From an uncultured Chloroflexia bacterium (GTDB lineage: Bacteria; Chloroflexota; Limnocylindria; Limnocylindrales; CSP1-4): a stretch of 64,000 bases of DNA. The notes under the pieces are model-generated. The model searched no databases. It saw only the letters and a list, made by a program, of their open reading frames with translations, and was not told where the DNA came from. The stretch covers positions 1,152,001-1,216,000 of the forward strand of contig CAWEYL010000001.1 of assembly GCA_963813335.1 (NCBI GenBank), read 5' to 3'. Shown here piece after piece: positions 20,277 to 30,442 of the stretch (its first letter is position 1; every line of letters begins with the position of its first letter). The position numbers were made by a program, and so were the translations under genes.

Positions 20277-21464
20277 TCAGTCGCCCCGTCCGACCCGGTA
20301 GGCGTCGGTGGAACCTTTCGACTCGGCGACCATCGTGATCTCCAGCGCGGGCAGGCGCTCGAGGATCCGCTCGGCAAGCGGTCTCGTGCGCACGCGCTCG
20401 AGCGTGCTCGACGGTCGGTACGGCAGCACGATCCGGGTCACCCGTCGGCGCCGCGCCAGCTCGACGATCCCGTCGGCCAGGTCGGCCGCCTCGACGTTGA
20501 GGACTTCCGCTCCGAGGTCCACCGCGTCGTCCAGGTGCTCGCGCAGGCGACGCATCTGCTCCGATGATGCGCCGGCCGCGCCCGGCGTATCGACCACCAC
20601 CGCGAGCAGGGGGGCGCGCAGCACGGCGGCGGCAGCGGCCGCCCGGCGGATCGCGCGAGGCGCGGCCACGGAGCCATCGACGAGAACGAGGACGCGCTCG
20701 GTCACCGGCTGGGAGATGATCGGCGTGCCGGTCCCCTCGAGCTGGGCATCGACGCGGCCAGCGACGAACCGCAGGCTGAGCTCGCGCAGGGCCGTCAGGT
20801 TCGTCTCGGTGAAGAACCGTTCGAGGGCGATCTTCGTCCGGTCGGGCGGGTAGACGTTGCCATGGCGCATCCGCTGGCGGAGCGCGAACGGGCTCATGTC
20901 GACCAGTTCGACCTCGTCGGCGGCGGCGAGGACCTCGTCGGGGATGCGCTCGTTGACCGGCGCGCCGGTGATCGTGGCGACCGCGTCGGCGACCGAGTCG
21001 AGATGCTGGATGTTGCAGGTGCTGACGACGTCGATGCCGGCGTCCAGCAGGACCCGCACGTCCTCCCAGCGCTTGGGGCGCGCCGACCCGGGCGCGTTGG
21101 TGTGGGCAAGCTCGTCGACGAGGGCGACCGTCGGGGCTCGGGCCACGATAGCGTCGGTGTCCATCTCCTCGACGACCACCCCGCGATGCTCGACGCGGCG
21201 GCGCGGCACGATCTCGAGTCCAGCGAGGAGCTTCTCCGTCTCCGGGCGACCGTGCGCCTCGACGAAACCGACCACCAGGTCCGTCCCGCGCCCCGATCGG
21301 CGATGGCCCTCCTCGAGCATGCGGAACGTCTTGCCGACGCCGGGCGCCATACCCAGGTAGACGCGGAGGCGGCCGCGACCGCTGTCGGTCGTGCCGCCGA
21401 TCCGCGCGAGCATCTCCTCGGCCGTCGGGCGATCGTCCGGATCGGTCCGCTCGCCGTCAGTCAC
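20277..21464 (-). CDS. kdpD: KdpD N-terminal sensor domain + Usp domain, stand-alone
   Basis: GRLRVYLGMAPGVGKT, LVDELAHTN, KRWEDV, NIQHLDS, LRELSLR; no TM or kinase domain. Confidence 0.9.
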   Translation of the reverse strand: MTDGERTDPDDRPTAEEMLARIGGTTDSGRGRLRVYLGMAPGVGKTFRMLEEGHRRSGRGTDLVVGFVEAHGRPETEKLLAGLEIVPRRRVEHRGVVVEEMDTDAIVARAPTVALVDELAHTNAPGSARPKRWEDVRVLLDAGIDVVSTCNIQHLDSVADAVATITGAPVNERIPDEVLAAADEVELVDMSPFALRQRMRHGNVYPPDRTKIALERFFTETNLTALRELSLRFVAGRVDAQLEGTGTPIISQPVTERVLVLVDGSVAAPRAIRRAAAAAAVLRAPLLAVVVDTPGAAGASSEQMRRLREHLDDAVDLGAEVLNVEAADLADGIVELARRRRVTRIVLPYRPSSTLERVRTRPLAERILERLPALEITMVAESKGSTDAYRVGRGD

Positions 21465-21509
21465 GGATCCCGCCTCCCATGCCACGTGGTTGCGCCGCCA
21501 CATCGCGCA

Positions 21510-22100
21510 TCAGGATGAGGCCAGCAGCCCGTCCAGGTCGAGGTTGGTCAGGAGGACGTTGACGCGCGGCTCGCCGAGGAAGCCGAGCAGGGGCTGCTCG
21601 GTGTGACGGGCGACGGCTGCCCGGACATCCGACTCCGACATGCTGCGGGCCGCAGCGACACCCGCGACCTGGTACTCGGCAGCGGCGGGGCTGATATCCG
21701 GGTCCAGGCCCGAAGCCGAGGTCGTGACGAGGTCGACCGGGATCGGCTTGTCGCCGTTGGCTGCGCGGAGGGCGTCGACCTGTTCGGTGATCCGGTCGAT
21801 CAACACCTGGCTGGTCGGTCCGAGGTTCGACCCGGCCGATGCCGAGCCGTCGTATCCGTCGGCACCTGCCGCCGACGGGCGGCCGGTGAAGTACTTCGGG
21901 TCGCTGAACGCCTGGCCGATCAGGGCCGAACCGATCGTCCGACCGTCGGCCGTCACGATGAACGAGCCGTTGGCCTGCTTCGGGAAGGCGACCTGTGCGA
22001 TGGCGGTGACGACGACCGGGTACACGACGCCCACGATGATGGTCATGGCGAGCAGCAGGGCGATGGCCGGCCAGAGCCGGTGGCGGAGGAAGGTGGTCAT
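21510..22100 (-). CDS. kdpC: K+-transporting ATPase subunit C
   Basis: QANGS, SALIGQ, SNLGPTS, VTTSASGLDPDIS, GEPRVNVL. Confidence 0.97.
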   Translation of the reverse strand: MTTFLRHRLWPAIALLLAMTIIVGVVYPVVVTAIAQVAFPKQANGSFIVTADGRTIGSALIGQAFSDPKYFTGRPSAAGADGYDGSASAGSNLGPTSQVLIDRITEQVDALRAANGDKPIPVDLVTTSASGLDPDISPAAAEYQVAGVAAARSMSESDVRAAVARHTEQPLLGFLGEPRVNVLLTNLDLDGLLASS

Positions 22101-22109
22101 TGGACTGTC

Positions 22110-24272
22110 CTATGCGAGGCGGAGGGCCGAGACGAGGAGATCGATCGCCTTGATCCCGATGAACGGGGCGATGATCCCGCCGAGGCCGTAGATGAGCAGG
22201 TTGCGCTGGAGGAGCGCGCTCGCCGACATCGGCTTGAACGCGACACCGCGGAGGGCGAGCGGGATCAGGGCGACGATGACCAGGGCGTTGAAGATCACTG
22301 CCGAGAGGATCGCGCTCTGCGGCGTCGCCAGGCCCATGACGTTGAGTGCCGCGAGCTCCGGGAAGACCGGGATGAAGATCGCCGGGACGATCGCGAAGTA
22401 CTTGGCGACGTCGTTGGCGATCGAGAAGGTCGTGATCGACCCCCGCGTGATCAGGAGTTGCTTCCCGATCGCGATGACCTCGAGCAGCTTGGTCGGGTCC
22501 GAGTCGAGGTCGACCATGTTGGCCGCGTCCTTGGCCGCCGACGTCCCGCTGTTCATCGCCATGCCGACGTCCGACTGGGCAAGGGCCGGCGCGTCATTGG
22601 TGCCGTCGCCGGTCATCGCGACCAGGTGGCCCTCGGCCTGCTGCGCGCGGATGAAGGCGATCTTGTCCTCGGGTGTCGCCTGCGCGATGAAGTCGTCGAC
22701 GCCGGCCTCCTTGGCGATGGTCGCCGCCGTCCGCGGGTTGTCGCCCGTGATCATCACGGTCTTGATGCCCATGCGGCGGAACTCGGCGAAGCGCTCGACG
22801 AGGCCCTCCTTGACGGTGTCCTTGAGCTCGATGAGGCCAAGGACGCGGCCCTCGCTCTCGAGGATGAGCGGGGTGGCACCGAGGTCGGCGATCCGGTCGG
22901 CATCCGTGGACACGTCGGCCGGCAGCTCGCCGACCTTCTTCTGGATCGCGTCGACCGCGCCCTTGAGGATCGTCGTGCCGGACGTCGTCGTGACGCCGCT
23001 GGTGCGCGTCTCCGCGCGGAACGGGATGTCTTCGGCGATCTCGTTCGACAACGTCGCGAAGCCCGCGTCGTCGCCCGAGCCGGCCGGCTGCCCGAGCTCG
23101 GCAAGCCGCTTGCGGGCGAGGTCGACGACCGAACGGCCTTCGGGGGTCTCGTCGTGGACGGACGCGATCAGGGCGGCCCGGTTCACCTCGGCGTCCGTGA
23201 CACCGGTCGCCGGGGTGATCGAGGCGGCCAGCCGGTTGCCGTAGGTGATCGTGCCGGTCTTGTCCAGGAGGATCACGTCGACGTCTCCCGATGCCTCGAC
23301 GGCGCGGCCGCTCATGGCCAGGACGTTGAAGCGGGCGACGCGGTCCATGCCGGCGATCCCGATCGCCGAGAGGAGACCGCCGATGGTCGTCGGGATGAGG
23401 CAGACGAGGAGGGCGACGAGGGCGACCGTATCGACGGTCGTCCCGGCGAACAGGCCGAACGGCCGCAAGGTCACGGTCGCCATCAGGAAGATGATCGTGA
23501 GACCGGACAGCAGGATCGCCAGGGCGATCTCGTTCGGCGTCCGCTGCCGCTTTGCGCCCTCGACGAGGGCGATCATCCGGTCGAGGAAGGTCTCGCCCGG
23601 GTCCGTGGTGACGAGGACCACGATCCGGTCGCTGACCAGCGTGGTCCCGCCCGTGACCGAGCTGCGGATATCCGTGCCCGGCTCCTTGAGGACCGGGGCC
23701 GATTCGCCGGTGATCGCGGCCTCGTTCACGAAGCCGATGCCGTCGATGACGTCGCCGTCGCCGGCGATCGTCTCGCCCTCCTCGACGACGATGACGTCGC
23801 CCTTGCGCAGCTCGGACGAGCCGACATCCTGGAGGGTCCCGTCGGCCGCGCGGCGGTGGGCGATGGTCTCGGACCTGGTCTTGCGCAGACTCGCCGCCTG
23901 GGCTCGTCCGCGCGCCTCGGCCACGGCCTCCGCGTACGTCGCGAAGATGACCGTGAACCACAGCCAGACGGCGATCTGGACCTGGAAGCCGAGGCCTGCT
24001 GACTCGCTCGCGGCCTGGACCCCGGTCACGTTGGCGAGCGCCGCGACGGTCACGAGGGCCGCCGTGATCTCCACCACGAACATGACCGGGTTCTTGATCA
24101 GGAGCCGCGGGTCGAGCTTGCGGAACGCGTGCGGGAGGGCCGCCCGAAGGAGATCGGGGTCCAGCACGCCACGCGGCCGCGGTGGCTCGCCGGACGGCTT
24201 GGCGCCACCGAGCGTGACGAACCGCTGGAAGCGGCGCGTGCCGCGTCCGAGATCGACGGACATGAGAGCCAT
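22110..24272 (-). CDS. kdpB: K+-transporting ATPase subunit B
   Basis: [45 protein letters not shown]. Confidence 0.98.
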   Translation of the reverse strand: MALMSVDLGRGTRRFQRFVTLGGAKPSGEPPRPRGVLDPDLLRAALPHAFRKLDPRLLIKNPVMFVVEITAALVTVAALANVTGVQAASESAGLGFQVQIAVWLWFTVIFATYAEAVAEARGRAQAASLRKTRSETIAHRRAADGTLQDVGSSELRKGDVIVVEEGETIAGDGDVIDGIGFVNEAAITGESAPVLKEPGTDIRSSVTGGTTLVSDRIVVLVTTDPGETFLDRMIALVEGAKRQRTPNEIALAILLSGLTIIFLMATVTLRPFGLFAGTTVDTVALVALLVCLIPTTIGGLLSAIGIAGMDRVARFNVLAMSGRAVEASGDVDVILLDKTGTITYGNRLAASITPATGVTDAEVNRAALIASVHDETPEGRSVVDLARKRLAELGQPAGSGDDAGFATLSNEIAEDIPFRAETRTSGVTTTSGTTILKGAVDAIQKKVGELPADVSTDADRIADLGATPLILESEGRVLGLIELKDTVKEGLVERFAEFRRMGIKTVMITGDNPRTAATIAKEAGVDDFIAQATPEDKIAFIRAQQAEGHLVAMTGDGTNDAPALAQSDVGMAMNSGTSAAKDAANMVDLDSDPTKLLEVIAIGKQLLITRGSITTFSIANDVAKYFAIVPAIFIPVFPELAALNVMGLATPQSAILSAVIFNALVIVALIPLALRGVAFKPMSASALLQRNLLIYGLGGIIAPFIGIKAIDLLVSALRLA

Positions 24273-25984
24273 CAGGAGACCTTTCCGGCGTTCTGGAGGA
24301 GTTGTTCGACGATGGGACCCAGCGCCAGGGCCGGGAAGAACGTGAGGGCGCCGACGATGATCACGACGCCGATGATCAGGACCGTCCACAGGACGCCCGT
24401 CGTCGGGAACGTGCCGAGCGATGGGGCGACCGCTCGCTTGATGCCCATCGAGCCGGCCAGGGCGAGGATCGGGATGATCATCCCGTAGCGGCCGACCAGC
24501 ATCGCGAGGCCCCCGGTCAGGTTGTAGAAGGGCGTATTCCCGGTCAGGCCCGCGAACGCCGAGCCGTTGTTGCCGGTCTGGCTCGAGAAGGCGTACAGGA
24601 TCTCGCTGAAGCCGTGCGGTCCCTGGTTCAACGGCCCGGCGACGCCCTCAGGGAGCACGGTGGCGAGCGCCGTGAACCCGAGGATGCTGGCACCGAGCAC
24701 GAGGGCCGTAAGCATCGCCATCTTGATCTCGAACGCCTCGACCTTCTTGCCGAGGTACTCGGGCGTCCGACCGACCATCAGGCCCGCGATGAAGACCGCC
24801 AGGATGGCCCCGATGACGAGCATGCCGTACATGCCCGCACCGATCCCACCGGGCGTGACCTCGCCGAGCTCCATGTTGAAGAGCGGGACGAGCCCGGCGA
24901 TGGGCTGTGCGCTGTCATGCCACGAGTTGATCGCGCCGGTGCTCGTGCCGGTCGTGGCGGCCATGAACAGGCCGCCGACCGCCGCGCCGAAGCGGGTCTC
25001 CTTGCCTTCCATGTTCCCCTGGGCGACCTGGTCGACACCGGCCGGGAAGAGCGGGTTGCCGCTCGCTTCCACGTGCATGGCGAGGACGCCGCCGACCAGG
25101 AGGATCGCCGCCATCGCGCCGAAGATCGTCCAGCCCTGGCGCTGGTTGCGCGCGTATCGGCCGAACGTGTACGTCAGCGAGAAGGAGCAGATGAGCAGGG
25201 CGAAGATCTCGAGCCAGTTCGTCAGCCCTGTCGGGTTCTCGAAGGGGTGCGCCGAGTTGGCGTTGAAGAAGCCGCCGCCGTTGTTCCCGAGCTCCTTGAT
25301 CCATTCCTGCGACGCGACAGGGCCGATGGCGATGGTCTGCTGGGCGCCCTGGAGCGTGGTGACCGTCCGCGACGGATCCCACGTCTGTGGCACGCCCTGC
25401 CAGACGAGCACGAGTGCGCCCACGATGGAGATCGGCAGCAGGATGTAGAGGATCCCGCGGGTGAGGTCCACCCAGTAGTTGCCGAGCGTCCTGGTGCTGC
25501 GGCGCGTGAGGCCGCGGATCAGGGCGATCGCGATCGCGAGGCCGGTGGCCGCGGAGGTGAAGTTGCGAACGGCCAGCATCGCCGCCTGCGACAGGTAGGT
25601 CGCGCCGGTCTCGCCCGAGTAGTTCTGCCAGTTGGTGTTCGTCTCGAAGCTCACCGACGTGTTGAAGGCGAGCTCTGGGCTCATCGGCGGGATGCCGCCC
25701 TGGTTGAGCGGCAGGACGTCCTGGAGCCGGAGCACCACGTAGCCGGCGACGATCGCCACCGCGGCCATCGCCAGCACCGCGACGGCGTAGCCCTTCCACG
25801 TCTGCTCCACGGTCTCGTCGACACCGCTGAGGCGATAGACGAGCCGCTCGACCGGGCGGACGATCGGGCTGAGGAAGACCCGCTCCCCCTCCATGACCCG
25901 GTAGATGTACCGGCCGAGGAAGGGAACGACGAGGACGATCGCGAGCGCCAGGGTGGCGAGCGTCAGGAATTCGTTGATGGCCAC
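24272..25984 (-). CDS. kdpA: K+-transporting ATPase subunit A
   Basis: [46 protein letters not shown]. Confidence 0.98.
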   Translation of the reverse strand: MAINEFLTLATLALAIVLVVPFLGRYIYRVMEGERVFLSPIVRPVERLVYRLSGVDETVEQTWKGYAVAVLAMAAVAIVAGYVVLRLQDVLPLNQGGIPPMSPELAFNTSVSFETNTNWQNYSGETGATYLSQAAMLAVRNFTSAATGLAIAIALIRGLTRRSTRTLGNYWVDLTRGILYILLPISIVGALVLVWQGVPQTWDPSRTVTTLQGAQQTIAIGPVASQEWIKELGNNGGGFFNANSAHPFENPTGLTNWLEIFALLICSFSLTYTFGRYARNQRQGWTIFGAMAAILLVGGVLAMHVEASGNPLFPAGVDQVAQGNMEGKETRFGAAVGGLFMAATTGTSTGAINSWHDSAQPIAGLVPLFNMELGEVTPGGIGAGMYGMLVIGAILAVFIAGLMVGRTPEYLGKKVEAFEIKMAMLTALVLGASILGFTALATVLPEGVAGPLNQGPHGFSEILYAFSSQTGNNGSAFAGLTGNTPFYNLTGGLAMLVGRYGMIIPILALAGSMGIKRAVAPSLGTFPTTGVLWTVLIIGVVIIVGALTFFPALALGPIVEQLLQNAGKVS

Positions 25985-25986
25985 GT

Positions 25987-26076
25987 TCAGAAGTCCTCAG
26001 GGCGCAGCAGGGCCCACAGCAGGTAGACGAAGACGAATGCGGTCGCGATGGCGGCCAGCACTTCGATGATGTTCAT
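25987..26076 (-). CDS. kdpF: K+-transporting ATPase subunit F (29 aa)
   Basis: MNIIEVLAAIATAFVFVYLLWALLRPEDF, YL..ALLRPE.F signature directly upstream of kdpA. Confidence 0.92.
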   Translation of the reverse strand: MNIIEVLAAIATAFVFVYLLWALLRPEDF

Positions 26077-26162
26077 CGTCCGACCCGCTCGCAGAGCAGC
26101 AGGTAGCCGGAAAAGACGACAAGGCAGCCGAGCATGATCACGGCGATCTGCAGATCGGTCAT
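26073..26162 (-). CDS. Second 29-aa hydrophobic Kdp-associated peptide
   Basis: MTDLQIAVIMLGCLVVFSGYLLLCERVGR; AAGGAG RBS, ATGA overlaps on both sides. Confidence 0.75.
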   Translation of the reverse strand: MTDLQIAVIMLGCLVVFSGYLLLCERVGR

Positions 26163-26539
26163 GGTTCGATGGTCTCCTTGGTGAGCAGCCGGTCGAGCGT
26201 CGACCGCAGCGTGTCCATGGCGAATGGCTTGGGCAGGTAGCCGGCGACGCCGAATTCGCGGAGGCGGGCCGGACTGACCGCCATCGCGCTGGCGACCACG
26301 ACCGGCGGGCGCCCGGCCGCATCGAACGCGGCGCTCCGCAGGACGGACCAACCGGTCTCACCCGGGAGGTTGATGTCCAGGAGGATCAGGTCCGGCCGCG
26401 GCCGGCGGACGAGGAGCGACTGCGCCTCTTCAGCGGTCGGGGCGACCGTCACGGTGTAGTCATGGGCGCGCAGATGCGCCGAGAGCAGGTCGGCGAGGGT
26501 CTCGTCGTCCTCGATGATCATGAGGTGGGCCTTGGTCAT
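26159..26539 (-). CDS. Stand-alone response regulator receiver domain
   Basis: IIEDD, PDLILLDINLPG, SA, YLPKPF. Confidence 0.9.
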   Translation of the reverse strand: MTKAHLMIIEDDETLADLLSAHLRAHDYTVTVAPTAEEAQSLLVRRPRPDLILLDINLPGETGWSVLRSAAFDAAGRPPVVVASAMAVSPARLREFGVAGYLPKPFAMDTLRSTLDRLLTKETIEP

Positions 26540-26790
26540 GATCCCGCCGCCAGGCGGACTCGGACATCGGTCGTCGTCTCGTCCGCGCCCCACAGGGGCT
26601 CGACCACCACGCCGCGCTGCGTTGCCCGCGGGCGGACGATCTCGATGACGAGGTCGGTCATGCGCAGCCCCGCCACGGTGGCCGACGGCGCGCCGTGCGT
26701 GGCGACGAGGTCGATGGCACTCGTCACCAGCTCGACCTCGCGGTCGAGGGCGTGCTGGACGTCGACGCTGGACCCTTCCGATCCCTTCAT
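26536..26790 (-). CDS. Hypothetical 84-aa protein, first gene of the kdp structural operon
   Basis: GAGG RBS; ATGA overlap with the receiver gene. Confidence 0.6.
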   Translation of the reverse strand: MKGSEGSSVDVQHALDREVELVTSAIDLVATHGAPSATVAGLRMTDLVIEIVRPRATQRGVVVEPLWGADETTTDVRVRLAAGS

Positions 26791-26845
26791 GGGTCCAGCC
26801 TCGCACCGGGCTCCAAGAGGCCCGACGCGCCGACTCGTCGTCGGC

Positions 26846-26866
26846 GCTCAAGGACCGCTCAAGACC
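26846..26866. promoter_or_regulatory. Tandem direct repeat GCTCAAGGACC-GCTCAAGACC, candidate KdpE operator
   Basis: 11-bp periodic repeat in the gap between kdpE and the structural operon. Confidence 0.4.
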
Positions 26867-26915
26867 GTGTATCGCGACGGTCGGCCGCGGTCAACGCGGC
26901 GGGCCGAAGCTCGCG

Positions 26916-27623
26916 TCAGGAGGGCGCGACGCGGTACCCCACTCCGGGTTCGGCGACGATCAGTCCCGTGAGCGAGCCGTCGGTATCGAGGGCCTCGAGC
27001 TTGCGGCGGATCTGGCTCACGTACACATGGACGTAGTGCGCCTCCTCGCTGTACGCCGAGCCCCAGACGGCACGGAGCAGGCGACCGTGCGTGACCAGCC
27101 GACCCGGGTTGGTCAGGAGGACCTTGAGGACCTCGTACTCGCGCGGCGTGAGATGGACGGTCTCGCCTCGGACGCTGACCGTGCGCTGGGCGATGTCCAT
27201 GCTGAGGTCGCCGAACCGGATCTCCCCGTCGGTCGCGGCGGCCGGCCCGGCGGCGCGACGCAACAGCGCGTCGATCCTGGCTCTGAGCTCGACCATCCCG
27301 AAAGGTTTCGTCACGTAATCGTCGGCCCCGAGATCCAACGCCGCGACCTTGTCGGATTCGCGGTCCCGGGCCGAGAGGACCAGGATCGGCGTGGCGGCCT
27401 CGCGACGGACGCGGCGGATGACGACGAGGCCGTCCTGGTCGGGCAGACCCAGGTCGAGCACGATGATGTCCGGCCGACCCCGTTCCCAGGCCGCGGTCGC
27501 CGCCGCGACATCGGCAGCCTGGTCGACTTGGTGCCCGTGCCCAGCGAGGAATGTGGCGACCGAGTCCCGCGTCGCGTCGTCATCCTCGACGAGCAGGACG
27601 ACTGACCCCTGCCCGCGGTTCAC
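26916..27623 (-). CDS. kdpE: OmpR-family response regulator KdpE
   Basis: LVEDD, LDLGLPD, GADDYVTKPF, HLTPREY, LLRAVWG, EPGVGYR. Confidence 0.93.
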   Translation of the reverse strand: MNRGQGSVVLLVEDDDATRDSVATFLAGHGHQVDQAADVAAATAAWERGRPDIIVLDLGLPDQDGLVVIRRVRREAATPILVLSARDRESDKVAALDLGADDYVTKPFGMVELRARIDALLRRAAGPAAATDGEIRFGDLSMDIAQRTVSVRGETVHLTPREYEVLKVLLTNPGRLVTHGRLLRAVWGSAYSEEAHYVHVYVSQIRRKLEALDTDGSLTGLIVAEPGVGYRVAPS

Positions 27624-29290
27624 GACGCGGACCCCGCCGCCCGTGACGTGGGTGCGACGGGGAGGTCGAACTCGATCGCGAGCCCGCCCAGCGAGCTTCT
27701 GGTGGCCCTCGCCGTGCCCCCCATGGCCTCCACGATGCCGCGGACCACGGCCAGTCCGATGCCCGTGCCGCGCCGCGAGCCCTCGCCCTTGCGGGGCACG
27801 CGATAGAACTTCTCGAACAACCGCGGCAGGGCGTCGGGCGGCACCCCGACGCCACCATCCTCGACCGTCACGCGGACGAAGCCCGCATCGGCGCGGGTCG
27901 CCATCACCCGGATCGGGGCGCCATCGCCCGAATACTTGGCCGCGTTGTCGAGGGTGTTCGCGAGGACCTGGCCGAAGAGGACCTCGTCCACGAGGACCGG
28001 CGGGAGATCCGCCGGCACCCGCACGGTGAGTTCGTGCCCCCGAGCCTCGACACCGGCCCGGGACACGGCCTGGTCGACCAGGTCCGACAGTGAGAACACG
28101 GCCAGGTTCGGACGCAGCTCGCCGGCCTCCACCCGGCTCATGTCGAGAAGGTTCGTTACGAGGCGATTGAGCCATTCCGCCTCGCGGTCGATAGAGGCGG
28201 CGATCTCACGCCGCCGCTCGATCGGCCAGTCCACATCGGGGTCCATCAGCGTCCCGGCGGCCGCCCGGATCGATGCGAGCGGCGTCCGCAGGTCGTGCGA
28301 GACGGAATCGAGCAGCGCCGACTTCAGGGCATCGCTGCGCCGCGAGACCTCGGCCGTCATGGCGTCGCGCTGGAGCCGCGCCCGCTGGATCGCCCCACCG
28401 ATCTGGTCGGCCGCCGCGGTGATGACGCGCGTCTCACCCTCATCGGGATCGCCGAGCTCACGCGCGCGCGTCGCCCAGATCACGCCGAGCGGGTCATCGC
28501 CGGCGTTGATGGCCACCCGGTAGGCGGTCTCGGCACGGTCGCGAGCGACGACGCGGCTCGTCTGGGCCGGGGCGTGGACTCGCACCCACTCCGCCGGTTC
28601 GTCGCCAGGACGGCGACGCAGCACGACATGGACCGCCGGAGCGACCGGTGGCGGAGCTGCGACCGCGACCGCGCCGGCCGCGGCGGCAGTGTCGGCCGTG
28701 ACGGTATCGCCGACCTTGATCCAGACCCTCGATGCCCGGACCTGCTGCCGGATGATCTCGGCGATCGGCCGCGATGCCTCGGTCGGGTCGCGCAGGCCGG
28801 CGAGCGTGAAGCTGATGTTGAACATGGCCAGGGCTTCACGCTGTCCGGCGATCGCGGCGAGCGCACGCTCCCGCTCGCGTCCCGCGAGGCGTCCCACCAC
28901 GATGCTGACCACAAGGAGTAGCAGGAGGTTGAGCCACTCCGCCGGGTCGCGGACGGTGAACGTGTAGAGCGGCTCGATGAACAGGAAGTCGTACGCCAGG
29001 AAGGACCCGATGGCGGCGAAGATCGCGGGACCGGTGCCGCGCGCCACCGCGACGCCGACCACGGCGAGGAGGAACGCCGATGAGCCGTTGTCGAACCCGG
29101 CTACCTGCTCGAGCAGGGCGACGACGACGGCGCCGGCTGCGAGAGCGACCGCGACCGCCAGGGCGTCCGGTCCGTGCCGCCGCACGAGGCGTTCGGTCCG
29201 ATGCGCGATGCGCTCGAGCCGCTGTCGCCAGCGCCGGACCGGCCGGCCAGGCGGCGGGTCGGGTGTCGGCGGCTGAGTCCGGATCGTCAT
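27620..29290 (-). CDS. kdpD: KdpD C-terminal half: 4-TM (DUF4118) + GAF-like + histidine kinase
   Basis: YDFLFIEPLYTF, VSHDLRTPLASI, NLLDMSR, NAAKYS, GTGIGLAV. Confidence 0.9.
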   Translation of the reverse strand: MTIRTQPPTPDPPPGRPVRRWRQRLERIAHRTERLVRRHGPDALAVAVALAAGAVVVALLEQVAGFDNGSSAFLLAVVGVAVARGTGPAIFAAIGSFLAYDFLFIEPLYTFTVRDPAEWLNLLLLLVVSIVVGRLAGRERERALAAIAGQREALAMFNISFTLAGLRDPTEASRPIAEIIRQQVRASRVWIKVGDTVTADTAAAAGAVAVAAPPPVAPAVHVVLRRRPGDEPAEWVRVHAPAQTSRVVARDRAETAYRVAINAGDDPLGVIWATRARELGDPDEGETRVITAAADQIGGAIQRARLQRDAMTAEVSRRSDALKSALLDSVSHDLRTPLASIRAAAGTLMDPDVDWPIERRREIAASIDREAEWLNRLVTNLLDMSRVEAGELRPNLAVFSLSDLVDQAVSRAGVEARGHELTVRVPADLPPVLVDEVLFGQVLANTLDNAAKYSGDGAPIRVMATRADAGFVRVTVEDGGVGVPPDALPRLFEKFYRVPRKGEGSRRGTGIGLAVVRGIVEAMGGTARATRSSLGGLAIEFDLPVAPTSRAAGSAS

Positions 29291-29973
29291 CGCCCGCCGC
29301 CGCGCACGATGCGGCGGGCGTCGCGCGTGGCGCGCAGGAACTCCGTGAAATGGCGCCACGGCCGGATGTGGCTGGGCTCGCCCTCGTAGATGGTCCGGAT
29401 CGGGACCCAGCCGATGGGCAGGCCGAGGGCGATGCTACGGGCGATCATCTCGACCTCGAACTCGAATCCCGACTCGGTCGACTCGAGCAGCGAGCGCATC
29501 AGCGTCCGCCCGATGAGCCGGTAGCCGGACTGGTTGTCGGGGATCGACCGGCCGACCGCAGCCGAGAACACGGCGCCACCGAGGCTGTTCGACAGGCGGC
29601 GGACCGGCGGCATCGCGCGGAAGTCGCGCCGGCCGATGATCAGCTCCGGGCGGGTCGCGTCGAACGCGGCGAGGAAGTCGGGGATCTCGGCCGGGTCGTG
29701 CTGGCCGTCGGCATCCAGCGTCACGACCGCGGCGGCGCCCGCATCGAGGGCGTGCCGGAAGCCGGCGCGCAGCGCGGCACCCTTGCCTGCATTGGGGACC
29801 TGGCGGATGACGGTGGCGCCGGCGGCCTCGGCCCGGGCCGCAGTGTCGTCCGTCGAGCCGTCGTCGACGACCACCACGGGCAGCCAGCGGCGCGCGGCGA
29901 CCACGACCGGGCCGATGCGCGGCCCTTCCTGGTAGCCGGGGATCAGCGCGAGGATCAGCGGTTCGATGCTCAC
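29287..29973 (-). CDS. Glycosyltransferase family 2 (polyprenol-phosphate glycosyltransferase-like)
   Basis: VVDDGSTD, GKGAAL, LDADGQHDP, DNQSGYR, FEFEVE. Confidence 0.92.
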   Translation of the reverse strand: MSIEPLILALIPGYQEGPRIGPVVVAARRWLPVVVVDDGSTDDTAARAEAAGATVIRQVPNAGKGAALRAGFRHALDAGAAAVVTLDADGQHDPAEIPDFLAAFDATRPELIIGRRDFRAMPPVRRLSNSLGGAVFSAAVGRSIPDNQSGYRLIGRTLMRSLLESTESGFEFEVEMIARSIALGLPIGWVPIRTIYEGEPSHIRPWRHFTEFLRATRDARRIVRGGGR

Positions 29974-30000
29974 GGTCGCCCCGTCGTGGTGGGTGGGAGT

Positions 30001-30076
30001 TGGCGCCCCCGGCAGGATTCGAACCTGCGACCTTCCGCTTAGAAGGCGGCTGCTCTGTCCACTGAGCTACGGGGAC
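30001..30076 (-). tRNA. tRNA-Arg (anticodon TCT), CCA encoded
   Basis: GTCCCCGTAGCTCAGTGGACAGAGCAGCCGCCTTCTAAGCGGAAGGTCGCAGGTTCGAATCCTGCCGGGGGCGCCA; upstream TTGTCG-N18-TACAGT. Confidence 0.97.
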
Positions 30077-30145
30077 GTTCTCAGACTGTAACCGTCGGCC
30101 CGGTGGGCCGACAATCGGCCGGCCCGGCCCGGGCGTGCACCGGGA

Positions 30146-30301
30146 TCATCCGTACTCGAGCATGACCGCCACACAGCCGACCAATCCGAGCACGAACCAG
30201 ATGGCCGCGATGATCAGCACGGCCCAGAACAGCTTGCCGTGCCCCTTGCCCGCGGGAGGCGGGGTCGCCCATCCGCTCTCGCCGGTCGGATCCTCGCTCA
30301 T
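30146..30301 (-). CDS. 51-aa single-TM microprotein (not in the ORF track)
   Basis: MSEDPTGESGWATPPPAGKGHGKLFWAVLIIAAIWFVLGLVGCVAVMLEYG. Confidence 0.55.
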   Translation of the reverse strand: MSEDPTGESGWATPPPAGKGHGKLFWAVLIIAAIWFVLGLVGCVAVMLEYG

Positions 30302-30442
30302 CCGGACATCGTAGACCCCGCCCATCCGGCGCCCGTGGTGTCCGTTCCGAGCCGCCTGAGCGCCGATTCGCGCGTGCTACACTCCGCGACCCATCGCGCC
30401 GAAGCCCGTTCGGAGCGTGGGCCAGGGAGGAGCCGACCGCCC

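Noticed and set aside
19911-30076. kdp region as an integrative element between an excisionase-like gene and tRNA-Arg
   Set aside because: No integrase, no duplicated tRNA-Arg 3' end found, and kdpD is translationally coupled to the upstream GT2 gene; slightly different codon usage alone is insufficient
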